Shown: one piece after another, positions 8,948-17,837 of the stretch
Position numbering within the stretch: position 1 is the stretch's first letter
How the letters are laid out: each line of letters starts with the position of its first letter
Source of the DNA: Prevotellaceae bacterium
Lineage (GTDB): Bacteria; Bacteroidota; Bacteroidia; Bacteroidales; UBA932
Direction: 5' to 3'
DNA length: 48,539 bases
Assembly: GCA_031277925.1 (NCBI GenBank)
Contig: JAITLJ010000045.1
Location: 1 to 48,539, forward strand
The notes under the pieces: model-generated
What the model was told of the DNA's origin: nothing
Database searches by the model: none
Seen by the model: only the letters and a program-made list of their open reading frames with translations
Position numbers and translations under genes: made by a program

Positions 8948-9038
8948 ATATCAAAATTGTATCAAAACAGGTTAAAATATAATGATATTTTTCTGATATT
9001 CAATTTATATAAATTACAGTTTGATGGCGTTTTGGTAT
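8948..9038 (+). repeat. 91-bp MITE-like repeat, family B, copy 1 (left terminus degenerate)
   Basis: It aligns without gaps to 11946-12036, with about 10 mismatches by eye. The right terminus CGTTTTGGTAT is intact. The left terminus is ATATCAAAATT versus ATACCAAAACG in copy 2. Confidence 0.6.
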
Positions 9039-9096
9039 GGCAAGTATCAGAAACATTCAGCATCAAAAAAATATTTTTGAAACAAGATAACTGCGA

Positions 9097-9126
9097 ATAA
9101 AAAAGAAGCTGCATTTTGCAGCCTCT
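9097..9126 (-). terminator. Rho-independent terminator of pckA
   Basis: The minus strand carries the hairpin AGAGGCTGCA-aaa-TGCAGCTTCT, followed by TTTTTATT. It lies 30 nt downstream of the pckA stop. Confidence 0.6.
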
Positions 9127-9155
9127 TTTCGTTAAAAAATAACAATTAATCCTGT

Positions 9156-10763
9156 TTATGGCAATTTTGGTCCTGCCGCAACAAGTATTTTTCCAGCTTC
9201 GTTACCTGTAAATTTAACAAAATTCTTTATAAATCTGCTTGCCAAATCTTTTGCTTTTGTATCCCAGTCGCCTGCATTTGCATAAGTATCGCGCGGGTCG
9301 AGAATTTTGGGATCAACATCCGGAAGTTCGGTTGGCGTTTCAAAATCGAAATAAGGTATTTTCTTTGTCGGAGCATTATCAATACTTCCATCAAGAATTG
9401 CATCGATAATTCCGCGGGTATCTTTTATGGAAATACGTTTACCTGTTCCGTTCCATCCTGTGTTTACAAGATAAGCCTTTGCGCCCGATTCTTCCATTCT
9501 TTTAACTAATTCTTCGCCGTATTTTGTAGGATGTAAACTTAGGAATGCAGCGCCGAAACATGCCGAAAATGTTGGCGTAGGTTCGGTTATTCCGCGTTCG
9601 GTACCTGCAAGTTTTGCTGTAAATCCGCTTAAAAAATAATATTTTGTCTGTTCCGGAGTTAATATGGAAACAGGTGGAAGTACGCCAAATGCATCAGCCG
9701 AAAGAAAAATAACTTTTTTTGCTGCCGGCGCTTTTGATATTGGTTTAACAATATTTTCGATGTGATATATAGGATATGAAACGCGTGTATTTTCGGTAAC
9801 CGATTTGTCGTTAAAGTCAATTTTACCATCTTTGTCAACCGTAACATTTTCGAGCAGCGCATCGCGGCGAATTGCATTCCAAATGTCGGGTTCGCTTTCT
9901 TTGTCAAGGTTTATGACTTTGGCATAACAGCCGCCTTCAAAATTGAATATTCCTTCGTCGTCCCAGCCGTGTTCGTCATCGCCGATAAGTTCGCGCTTAG
10001 GGTCTGTTGACAGTGTTGTTTTTCCTGTTCCCGAAAGTCCGAAAAATATTGCTGTTTCGCCTTTTTCGTTTGTATTTGCCGAGCAATGCATCGAGGCTAT
10101 TCCTTTGAGTGGCAGCAGGTAATTCATGTACGAAAACATGCCTTTTTTCATTTCTCCGCCATACCATGTATTAAGTATAACCTGAATTTTTTCGGTAAGA
10201 TTAAATACTATTGCCGTTTCGGAATTTAGCCCAAGTTCTTTGTAATTATCAATTTTTGCTTTTGCTGCATTGAATACAACAAAATCAGGTTCGCCGTAAT
10301 TTTCGAGTTCTGCTTCGGTTGGGCGAATAAACATGTTTTTTACAAAATGCGCCTGCCATGCAACTTCGCAAATGAAACGAATTTTGAGGCGAGTATTTTC
10401 GTTTGTTCCGCAGAAAGTATCAACTACATATAATTTTTTATTTGACAACTGTTTACATGCTATATTTTTCAATACTTTCCAAGTTTCCTTGCTTACAGGT
10501 TTATTGTCGTTTTTGTATTCGTCGGACGTCCACCAAATAGTATCTTTTGATGTTTCGTCCATTACAAAAAATTTGTCTTTAGGCGAGCGTCCTGTATAAA
10601 TACCGGTCATTACGTTTACTGCTCCCATTTCGGTAACTTGTCCGGCTTCAAATCCTGTCAATGAAGGATCAATTTCTGCTTTGTACAAATCGGCGTATGA
10701 AGGATTATAAATAATTTCTTTCACATCTTTGATTCCGTACTTTGTTAAATCTAAATTTTTCAT
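9156..10763 (-). CDS. pckA: Phosphoenolpyruvate carboxykinase (ATP)
   Basis: The 535-aa ORF has the kinase-1a P-loop [11 protein letters not shown], plus the IGDDEHGW and TGRSPKDKF motifs of ATP-dependent PEPCK. Confidence 0.95.
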   Translation of the reverse strand: MKNLDLTKYGIKDVKEIIYNPSYADLYKAEIDPSLTGFEAGQVTEMGAVNVMTGIYTGRSPKDKFFVMDETSKDTIWWTSDEYKNDNKPVSKETWKVLKNIACKQLSNKKLYVVDTFCGTNENTRLKIRFICEVAWQAHFVKNMFIRPTEAELENYGEPDFVVFNAAKAKIDNYKELGLNSETAIVFNLTEKIQVILNTWYGGEMKKGMFSYMNYLLPLKGIASMHCSANTNEKGETAIFFGLSGTGKTTLSTDPKRELIGDDEHGWDDEGIFNFEGGCYAKVINLDKESEPDIWNAIRRDALLENVTVDKDGKIDFNDKSVTENTRVSYPIYHIENIVKPISKAPAAKKVIFLSADAFGVLPPVSILTPEQTKYYFLSGFTAKLAGTERGITEPTPTFSACFGAAFLSLHPTKYGEELVKRMEESGAKAYLVNTGWNGTGKRISIKDTRGIIDAILDGSIDNAPTKKIPYFDFETPTELPDVDPKILDPRDTYANAGDWDTKAKDLASRFIKNFVKFTGNEAGKILVAAGPKLP

Positions 10764-10808
10764 AAGATATTTTATTTAATTATTATATTTTCAAATTTTA
10801 TGAATTGG

Positions 10809-10816
10809 CAAAGGTA
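10809..10816 (-). promoter_or_regulatory. -7 promoter box (TACCTTTG) of pckA
   Basis: The reverse complement of CAAAGGTA at 10809-10816 is TACCTTTG. It lies 46 nt upstream of the pckA ATG. Confidence 0.4.
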
Positions 10817-10908
10817 GTTATTTTTAGAATAAGATTGCATAAATTTATGCAACATAAAGATAAATAGTGTTAAATTGTCTGTTATCCAGATTTTATTGAA
10901 ACAGTATT

Positions 10909-10939
10909 TTTGTTTATTGTAAAAATTGTTATAATTTTG
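10909..10939 (+). promoter_or_regulatory. Full-consensus promoter TTTG-N19-TAATTTTG reading rightward toward the long hairpin
   Basis: TTTG lies at 10909-10912, followed by a 19-nt spacer and TAATTTTG at 10932-10939. No annotated gene starts within 370 nt downstream. Confidence 0.45.
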
Positions 10940-11014
10940 CGCTTGTAATGTAAATATTGTATGCTTATGAATTAAAAGACAGGCAAACCTTACGCACATT
11001 ATAAAATTTATTAG

Positions 11015-11192
11015 AAAAAGCGTTTAGCTGATATTCTGGTTTATTGAAACATCCATAATTCAAAAAGCAACTGAGAGTAAAGCGATGACGCTCACGCTGT
11101 TTCTGGCGTGGGCTTTACTCATTTTATTTTAGTTGCTTAGGTAATGGATAACCTCAATAAACTGATAATCAGAGTTTGTCCGCGCTTTTTTT
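11015..11192 (+). ncRNA. Candidate structured RNA or palindromic element: ~178-nt imperfect rod hairpin ending in a T-run
   Basis: The closing stem is AAAAAGCG (11015-11022) / CGCTTTTT (11183-11190). Internal pairings are TTATTGA/TCAATAA, ATCCAT/ATGGAT, GCAACT/AGTTGC and GAGTAAAGC/GCTTTACTC. The apex is CACGC-tgtttctg-GCGTG, centred near 11101. Several asymmetric internal loops are present. The plus strand ends in T7. The class is unknown. Confidence 0.3.
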
Positions 11193-11309
11193 ATGTGCGT
11201 ATTTGAAAAGATTTTTTGAGGGTAATCGGTGGAGTTCGGAAACCATCTTAAAAACGGGGCGGAACCTGAAAAGCCTTACGAGTAAGGATAAATAAATAAT
11301 TAAAATAAT

Positions 11310-11732
11310 ATGGCAAATAAACATAAAATAGCAAATGAAATAGCGATTTTATTTAAGAGTATGAAACTATCTTCTTTACTCGGGATTATAGTTGCTTGTT
11401 TTTTATTTTTTGTAATATATAATTGTTTTAAATATATTAATCCAGACATAAAAATAAATATTAAGGAGTATGGTTATATAAAAGAAATAGAATCTATAGA
11501 AACTGACATAGATTATAAAACCATTGGTATTGACATTAGTAATATGTCTTTAACTGGCCCTACTAATTTAACCAAAGCATTAAAGAGAAGCTGTAAGGAA
11601 TATGTTATCAATAAATTAGGTTTTTCGCTATTAATTGGGTTAATTGTATTTTTAGGAATTCCAGTTTTGGTTGTTTTATATCGTAGAATATCACATGCTG
11701 TAAATTGGGTCAATGAAAATAAAACTATTTAA
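11310..11732 (+). CDS. Hypothetical small membrane protein (two predicted TM helices), ORFan-like
   Basis: The 140-aa ORF has hydrophobic segments LSSLLGIIVACFLFFVIYNCF and FSLLIGLIVFLGIPVLVVLY. It is very AT-rich, and I recognised no family motif. Confidence 0.45.
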   Translation: MANKHKIANEIAILFKSMKLSSLLGIIVACFLFFVIYNCFKYINPDIKINIKEYGYIKEIESIETDIDYKTIGIDISNMSLTGPTNLTKALKRSCKEYVINKLGFSLLIGLIVFLGIPVLVVLYRRISHAVNWVNENKTI

Positions 11733-11799
11733 ATTAAATATTAACAAGGGAAGCCGAAAACTTTTAGAGTAGGCAAAATTATTAAAAACAAAATATAAT

Positions 11800-12161
11800 A
11801 TGGGACAAGCAAAAGAAAGAATGATAGAAATTGAGGAAGAAAAATTTAACAAAAAACTTGCTCAATATTTGGGAATTTCTTACGACGAATTTTGTGAGTT
11901 GGAATATACTATGGATACAGAAACTTGTAATGATGATGATTATTTATACCAAAACGGTATCAAAACAGACTGAAAAATAATGATATTTTGCTGATATTCA
12001 ATTTATATAAATTGCAGTTTGATGGCGTTTTGGTATTAATTTACAATTACATACTAGATTTTCGTAATGAAACAAATTCAGAAGAAATATTATCAAAAAT
12101 TGAACTGTTAGATGAAAATTATCAGGTATGGATTGATGCTCCTACGTATGAGAATTTGTAA
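11800..12161 (+). pseudogene. Small acidic ORF apparently split by the family-B MITE
   Basis: The ATG at 11800 opens a frame (MGQAKERMIEIEEEKFNKKLAQYLGISYDEFCELEYTMDTETCNDDDYL...) that runs into the repeat and stops at 11971-11973. A second frame (LIYNYILDFRNETNSEEILSKIELLDENYQVWIDAPTYENL*) leaves the repeat at 12036 and stops at 12159-12161. Deleting 11947-12035 (89 bp) joins the two in frame. Confidence 0.3.
11946..12036 (+). repeat. 91-bp MITE-like repeat, family B, copy 2 (perfect 11-bp terminal inverted repeats)
   Basis: ATACCAAAACG at 11946-11956 and CGTTTTGGTAT at 12026-12036 are exact reverse complements. The body matches 8948-9038. Confidence 0.65.
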
Positions 12162-12439
12162 TATTTTGAATTACTTTCTGCTCGGCGTAGCAATTTTATT
12201 ACTATGAGTGCAGTAAATCAAAAAAACGCTCTGTTGTGATTATGTTCTACCAATATTTCGTTCATGCTGAACGGAGAATATGACAAAACCTGACAGACTT
12301 ACAACAGTTTGTCAGGTTTATTAATTCTATAATAATTACAAGTTTTCGGGTTTAGATTATTCAAATATTTAAATCGTAGTTTTACGGTTGCTAATTTAGA
12401 TAAACTTGTTTGATAAGCGAAACATTACACAGAAGAGAG

Positions 12440-12985
12440 TTATTTGCCAATAATTTGTACTACATCTTTTTTTAAGTATTCTTCCGAAAATGTTTGAAAA
12501 TCTTTTGTTTTGTAATTATCTTCACCAAAATATGCAAGTATCGGCAAAATTTGTTCGGGCGTCAGATAACCTGCAACTGCTGTAAGCAATTGAGATTTTT
12601 CGTCGAAATATGCAATTGATGGATAACTCATTTTTCCCTGTAGTACTGCTACTGCAAACGAATGTGATTTTCCGTATTTTCCATCGTTTACAAAAGTCAT
12701 TTCATTATATTTTACATTTTCTTTTCCTTCGGCATTAAATTTTACGCAATAATAATATTTGTTGAGATAATCAACAACTTTCGGATTTGTAAAAGTTGAT
12801 GCATCCATGCGTTTACACCATCCGCACCAGTCGGTATAAAAATCCATTAATATTTTTTTTGGCTCTTTTTTTTGAAGTTCAAAAGCTTCGGTTGCCGTGT
12901 ACCATTTGATTTTATTTGCCTCCTGCGCATTAATTGTACAGCATGACAGCAACAATATCAAAATTAAAAATGTTTGTTTTTTCAT
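12440..12985 (-). CDS. Secreted thioredoxin-fold protein (CxxC)
   Basis: A signal peptide is present, and the redox motif is DFYTDWCGWCKRMD. This is the typical thioredoxin-like layout. Confidence 0.8.
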   Translation of the reverse strand: MKKQTFLILILLLSCCTINAQEANKIKWYTATEAFELQKKEPKKILMDFYTDWCGWCKRMDASTFTNPKVVDYLNKYYYCVKFNAEGKENVKYNEMTFVNDGKYGKSHSFAVAVLQGKMSYPSIAYFDEKSQLLTAVAGYLTPEQILPILAYFGEDNYKTKDFQTFSEEYLKKDVVQIIGK

Positions 12986-12995
12986 AAATTTACCC

Positions 12996-13018
12996 TAATT
13001 TTGTTATTTACAAAGGTA
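12996..13018. promoter_or_regulatory. Back-to-back -7 boxes for the TPR gene (plus) and the thioredoxin gene (minus)
   Basis: TAATTTTG lies on the plus strand at 12996-13003. CAAAGGTA at 13011-13018 reads TACCTTTG on the minus strand. Confidence 0.4.
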
Positions 13019-13053
13019 CTGCATTTTTTTTAAAAATCAAATGATATTATAGT

Positions 13054-13317
13054 ATGATACAAAAATTAACAAATATTAATATTGACGATTACGAAAATTC
13101 ACTGTTGCTTCTTAATGAATATATTGTTCAGCATCCTGCGGATGATAGTGCTTATTATTTACGTGGCAACATTTATCGCAAAATGAATTTGTTTGGCGAT
13201 GCTTTAAACGATTATTACAAAGCGCTGGAATTAAATCCTCAAAGCGAGGCTGCTATTGCAATTGAAATTCTTAACGAAATTCTTGAGTTCAGAAATACGG
13301 ATTTGCTTAATCCATAG
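13054..13317 (+). CDS. Small tetratricopeptide-repeat protein
   Basis: The 87-aa ORF has a TPR-like pattern: AYYLRGNIYRKMNLFGDALNDYYKALELNP. Confidence 0.55.
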   Translation: MIQKLTNINIDDYENSLLLLNEYIVQHPADDSAYYLRGNIYRKMNLFGDALNDYYKALELNPQSEAAIAIEILNEILEFRNTDLLNP

Positions 13318-13404
13318 AAATTTGTCGACAATCATTCATATTTCCAAAGACTGTATCTGCCGATCTGGCATAATTACAGTTTTTTGAAATTCGGATATAA
13401 CCAA

Positions 13405-13923
13405 TTATCCGCAATTACAATCGCAACTGTCGCAATCGCTATGATTGCATGAGGCTTGCATTTCTGCCAGTTCTTCGAGCGTTATATCGTGAACATCAAC
13501 AACTTCGCCAGTGAAATTTAAGTTGCAACCTGCGAGTGGATGATTGAAATTCATAACAATGGCGGCATCCGAAATGCTGTCAACGGTTCCGTTAAGTCTG
13601 TTGCCTTGCGAATCGCGCATTGGAATTACATTTCCGACAGTAAACAAAGTTTCATCAATTTTGCCATTTACTTCAAATAAATCTTTTGACAGTTCCACAA
13701 AGGCATCTTCATCTATTTCGCCGTAAGCATCGGCGGCTTTTATTTCAAATTCAAAGGTGTCGCCGATTTTTTTTCCTTTAATTTTTTCTTCAAATTTCGG
13801 CAATAAATAACCTTGTCCAAAGATAAGACGCATAGGCTGTTCTTTGCTAACGGTTTCGATGATTTCACCATCAATTTTTAACACATAAGATAATGCAACA
13901 GATTTGTTATTTTCAATTTTCAT
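13405..13923 (-). CDS. slyD: FKBP-type peptidyl-prolyl isomerase, SlyD-like
   Basis: The protein has an FKBP core with an inserted flap domain and the HPLAG motif. Its C-terminal tail SCNHSDCDSCDCNCG looks metal-binding. I prefer the ATG at 13923 (MKIENNK) over the upstream start at 13986. Confidence 0.8.
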   Translation of the reverse strand: MKIENNKSVALSYVLKIDGEIIETVSKEQPMRLIFGQGYLLPKFEEKIKGKKIGDTFEFEIKAADAYGEIDEDAFVELSKDLFEVNGKIDETLFTVGNVIPMRDSQGNRLNGTVDSISDAAIVMNFNHPLAGCNLNFTGEVVDVHDITLEELAEMQASCNHSDCDSCDCNCG

Positions 13924-14068
13924 TTTTTTATATTTATATAAATGATACCACATTTGGATTGCAAAGGAACGATTAATTTTTGGCATTACAAAAAAAATAA
14001 ATGCATAAAAATTTGTTTAATCGAATTTAATTGTCTTTATTTGTTGAATATTTTTTAAAAATTTTAAT

Positions 14069-14269
14069 ATGAACGGAACAGTTAAATGGTTTAATAAAGT
14101 GAAAGGATTCGGCTTTATTACGACAGAAGAAGGAAAGGAAATTTTTGTGCATTTTTCAGGAATTGCAAGTGAAGGTTTTCGTACGCTAAAACAAGGCAAG
14201 GCTGTTGTTTTTGATATAGAAGATGGTACAAAAGGACCTCAAGCGGTGAATGTTAAACCAATAGAATAA
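14069..14269 (+). CDS. Cold-shock protein (CspA family)
   Basis: The 66-aa ORF carries the RNP1 motif KGFGFI and the RNP2 motif IFVHF. Confidence 0.95.
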   Translation: MNGTVKWFNKVKGFGFITTEEGKEIFVHFSGIASEGFRTLKQGKAVVFDIEDGTKGPQAVNVKPIE

Positions 14270-14298
14270 ATTTATATTCAGTTTTTAACTTCAAACTA

Positions 14299-14330
14299 TA
14301 AAAAAAACCGATTTAAATCGGTTTTTTTTA
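14299..14330. terminator. Bidirectional terminator between the csp gene and the convergent septum-formation gene
   Basis: An A-run, the palindrome CCGATTT/AAATCGG and a T-run read as a terminator on both strands. Confidence 0.6.
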
Positions 14331-14368
14331 TTAACAGTTCAGACATTTATGTTAAAAAATTCTTGCTT

Positions 14369-14680
14369 TTATTCTTCATCTTCTTCAATAATATAAACAT
14401 CTTCATCATCGTTTTTGAAATACAGATTTTCGCGTGCATATTTTTCAAGCGATTCGTCATTTTCGTTGAGTTCTTTAATGTTTTCTTTCATGCGTTCTAT
14501 TTCTTTTTGATAATGCAATTTTTGTTTTCGCTTATTTTCAACATCATTCAAATCGCTTATCCAGCCTACTATATTTGCATTGTCGAAAAATATAAGCCAG
14601 GCGCTGAATACCGCCAATGTTAAAACGTATTTACTTCCTGCATAACGTTTCACAAGTTTTTTTATTTTATCCATATACAT
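14369..14680 (-). CDS. Septum formation initiator family protein (FtsB/DivIC-like)
   Basis: The 103-aa ORF has one N-terminal TM helix followed by a coiled-coil region (KRKQKLHYQKEIERMKENIKELNEN). It overlaps the nagA stop by 14 nt. Confidence 0.7.
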   Translation of the reverse strand: MYMDKIKKLVKRYAGSKYVLTLAVFSAWLIFFDNANIVGWISDLNDVENKRKQKLHYQKEIERMKENIKELNENDESLEKYARENLYFKNDDEDVYIIEEDEE

Positions 14681-15860
14681 AATTTAATGATTTATTTAAA
14701 TTTATTTTACCTTTACACAAAGTCATTATTATATCAAAATTTTTATCAACTATGTTAATATCAGCATCTTTACCAAAACTTATTGAGCCTTTGCGCATAT
14801 ATATATTCAATAATTTTGCAACTGTTGCGCTCGACATTTTCAAAACATCCGCAATCGGAAATTTTGTATCGAAAATCAAATGGCGCACCATTGTATCTAT
14901 TGGCGAAATTGACGATGCAAGCGATGTTCGCATTTCGTTCATTGCCACTCCACGTTCAATAACATAAGTCATTCCGCAAGTGCGAATGATTTGTCCGTGC
15001 CTGTAACCTGCAGCCATGTTTGCATCCGAGCAGATTATTAATCTATCGGCGCTTTTGCATTTATAGGCAATTTGTAATAATTCTTTTGGCAAGTGATAGC
15101 CATCTGCAATAATTTCGGCATAAAGCGAATCGAAAGTTAATGCTGCTTCTACAACGCCTCCGACTCTGAAAGGTCCTTCTTTTTTTGTTTGCGACATTGC
15201 ATTATAAAGATGCGTAACGCTTGTTGCGCCTTTGGTTACGGCATATTCAACTTCGTTTATTGTTGCGCAACTGTGACCTATCGAAATTTGTATTCCCATA
15301 TTTTGTATTGTCGGAAAATATTCAACATTCTGTTCGACTTCGGGCGCTATGGTTGTTCTGCGTATTACATCTTTATAATCGCTGTACAAATTCAAATATT
15401 CATCGTTAATTGCAAGTATGTGTTCTGCTGCCTGCGAGCCTTTATATACTTTATTCAAAAATGGACCTTCAAGATGGCAGCCGCCTATTTGCGTTTTTCC
15501 CGGTTTGTTAAATTTCATGGCTTTGCGGATAGATTCCAAACCCTTTTTCATTGTAAACAAATCATTTGCCGCAAGCGAAGGATAAATAAGAGTTACACCG
15601 TGTTTGCCATAAAAATCCCGCATTCCCAATATTGATTCCAAATCGCCTTTGTTGCAATCAAAACCGCCGCCGCCATGACAATGAGAATCAATATAACCCG
15701 GAATTGCAATAAGATTTTTACCATCTATTATTTTTACATCCTGAGGCGCTACTGGTTCGGCATATATTTCCGAAATGATTTCTCCATCAATAACAAGCGA
15801 GCCGTTTTGGATAAAACCGCCTTCGCTGTAAATATCAATATTTTTGATGCAAGTTTTCAT
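14667..15860 (-). CDS. nagA: N-acetylglucosamine-6-phosphate deacetylase
   Basis: The protein shows the amidohydrolase pattern PGYIDSHCHGGGGFD, plus HLEGPF and THLYNAM motifs. Confidence 0.9.
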   Translation of the reverse strand: MKTCIKNIDIYSEGGFIQNGSLVIDGEIISEIYAEPVAPQDVKIIDGKNLIAIPGYIDSHCHGGGGFDCNKGDLESILGMRDFYGKHGVTLIYPSLAANDLFTMKKGLESIRKAMKFNKPGKTQIGGCHLEGPFLNKVYKGSQAAEHILAINDEYLNLYSDYKDVIRRTTIAPEVEQNVEYFPTIQNMGIQISIGHSCATINEVEYAVTKGATSVTHLYNAMSQTKKEGPFRVGGVVEAALTFDSLYAEIIADGYHLPKELLQIAYKCKSADRLIICSDANMAAGYRHGQIIRTCGMTYVIERGVAMNEMRTSLASSISPIDTMVRHLIFDTKFPIADVLKMSSATVAKLLNIYMRKGSISFGKDADINIVDKNFDIIMTLCKGKINLNKSLNYVYG

Positions 15861-16439
15861 CTGTCGCTTAACTGTTTAAGTCATTATAAAATATTTAATT
15901 TTACAAAGTTATAAATTTTAAAGACACGAAAAGTGTTTAAATTTTATTAAAATTTTATTTTGTTGAATATCAATACAATAAAGTAAAATAAATCGTGGCG
16001 GTATTTGAACGTACATAATAATTCGTAATCTTTGGTAATATTCGCTGCTGACAATCGGTTTAATACATATAAAATGGCAATAAAAATCTCGTATAACGAA
16101 TATTTTCTTTTACATTTTCGAGGTCACAAAATATTTTCAGGAATTTTGTTTTTTTCGGTCATATCGGTTTAGATAAGTTGTTTTGTTCATTGTTTTATAT
16201 TTATTTATTAATAATCAAAAATTTACATAACAAGTCCAATCAGCAGTGCGGTTGGCAGTTATTCGTTGATAATTGTAGTTGAATTTGAACCGTTTCCGAA
16301 TATTTTTAAAAACGGTAAAAAAAATAAAACAGCAAATATCAGTTGCAAATCATTAACATAAATTAAAGCAAATATATGAAACGATTGAATAATTTTTAAC
16401 CACTGTGTTGTTTTTTTTGTAACTTCGCAACCAAAATTA

Positions 16440-17837
16440 ATGATTATATTTCGTAAACAAATGAAACGAACACAATTATCGCGCCGATTATTTACCTTTT
16501 TTGATGTAATTCCGTTTACATTTACGGCTGTTGTATTTATTGTTGTATCCGTTTTTGCATATTCGTACCTTAAAAACAATTATAATGTAGACGAACCTGC
16601 CTCTCATGCGGTATTTGCAGCCATTGCCGAATATTTATTGCTGTTTGTTTTTATGATTGTTTTTTGGGGATTTTTGAGCACACTGATTACTTATATAATT
16701 TTTGTTGTACGAACCAGAAAGAATGAAAAATATTTACATATTCTGTTCGATATTTTCACTGATAAAAAAAACAACACAACAAGTTCGGCAAAGCTGAAAA
16801 TCAATAAATTACTTTTTCCCTTATTCGGTTACGTAAAAATTCGTTTTCTGTTTGAAAATAAATTCATAACAAAAAAATATGTACTGTCTGCAAAAAAGTT
16901 TAAATTGTTTTCGTCCAAAAATTTTGAAACTGATATTATACTTGATTTTCCAGATGTCAGGAATTATGTTTTGAAATCGGTGAAATTTTATTTTGAAGAT
17001 TATTTTTCACTGTTTTCATTTTCGTTGAAACGTGTTACAAATGCTCAATTTTATATTTTACCATCGAATAAAAGTAAACTTGATATTGTTACCTATCCTG
17101 TATCACAGCAGGATACTCAAACTCGTACAAATATTATAAGACATCTGCCCGGCGAATATTTGCATTTCAAAGATTTTGAAGATTCGGATGATGTGCGCCG
17201 TATTGTCTGGAAAATATTTGCAAAGAATAAGGAACTTGTTGTACGAATTCAAGAATTGAAAAATAATTATGCATCAAAATATGTGCTGTATGCAAGTTTT
17301 TTTAACAACAAAGACTTGCTTTTGCAAACGGCCGATTTTTCTCGAACCTTTTTGACTTATTATAAAAATGCGATTTTCGCTGTTTATTCTGAAATGAAAA
17401 AAAATAAAAATTCTGATATACGAATTAGATTCGACCAGACGATAAATGTTGTATCCGACAGCGAACTGTTACCTAAAGAAATGTTTGAGATAAGCGCGGC
17501 AGAATGGCAAAATAATTTGCCACCTGACGATTTTTACAAAGTCGGCGATGTGTCTGTGCTGTGCATATCATCTTTTGTGTCTGAAGCGGAATTTGCAAAA
17601 CTTTTGAATGTAGCAGGCAAATTGACCGTTATTGTTTTTGTAAAAATTAGTAACGCATTGAAATCGAATAAACTGAAATTGTTTGCCGAACATATTTTTG
17701 TAAAACCAAAAAACGGAAGTATAAACGAACTGCGTTTTAAGTTCTTGCTTTCGCCACTGCGCAAACGCTTACTGACAAACGAAAAGAAAATAATTGAATT
17801 GTTGAATAAAGGAGATAATACTTTTTATGTTGTATGA
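16440..17837 (+). CDS. DUF58 domain protein with N-terminal TM helices
   Basis: The DUF58 signature DSDDVRRIVWKIFAKNKELVVRIQE is present. Two N-terminal hydrophobic helices precede it. The stop overlaps the next gene's start in an ATGA overlap. Confidence 0.75.
   Translation: MIIFRKQMKRTQLSRRLFTFFDVIPFTFTAVVFIVVSVFAYSYLKNNYNVDEPASHAVFAAIAEYLLLFVFMIVFWGFLSTLITYIIFVVRTRKNEKYLHILFDIFTDKKNNTTSSAKLKINKLLFPLFGYVKIRFLFENKFITKKYVLSAKKFKLFSSKNFETDIILDFPDVRNYVLKSVKFYFEDYFSLFSFSLKRVTNAQFYILPSNKSKLDIVTYPVSQQDTQTRTNIIRHLPGEYLHFKDFEDSDDVRRIVWKIFAKNKELVVRIQELKNNYASKYVLYASFFNNKDLLLQTADFSRTFLTYYKNAIFAVYSEMKKNKNSDIRIRFDQTINVVSDSELLPKEMFEISAAEWQNNLPPDDFYKVGDVSVLCISSFVSEAEFAKLLNVAGKLTVIVFVKISNALKSNKLKLFAEHIFVKPKNGSINELRFKFLLSPLRKRLLTNEKKIIELLNKGDNTFYVV

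Noticed and set aside
10772-10999. 75-aa ORF upstream of pckA
   Set aside because: It occupies the pckA promoter region and overlaps two consensus promoter boxes. The peptide is AT-rich nonsense-like sequence.
11015-11192. The long hairpin read as retron msr/msd, SRP RNA, tmRNA or a tRNA-derived att site
   Set aside because: No reverse transcriptase or integrase lies nearby. I could not find the SRP domain-IV motifs (GGAA tetraloop with AGCA/GGAA symmetric loop) on either strand. No tRNA-like acceptor/T-arm is present. The object is kept only as an unclassified candidate RNA or palindromic repeat.
16259-16579. 106-aa minus-strand ORF in the nagA / DUF58 spacer
   Set aside because: It overlaps the start of the DUF58 gene on the other strand and an AT-rich spacer. 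I saw no motif.
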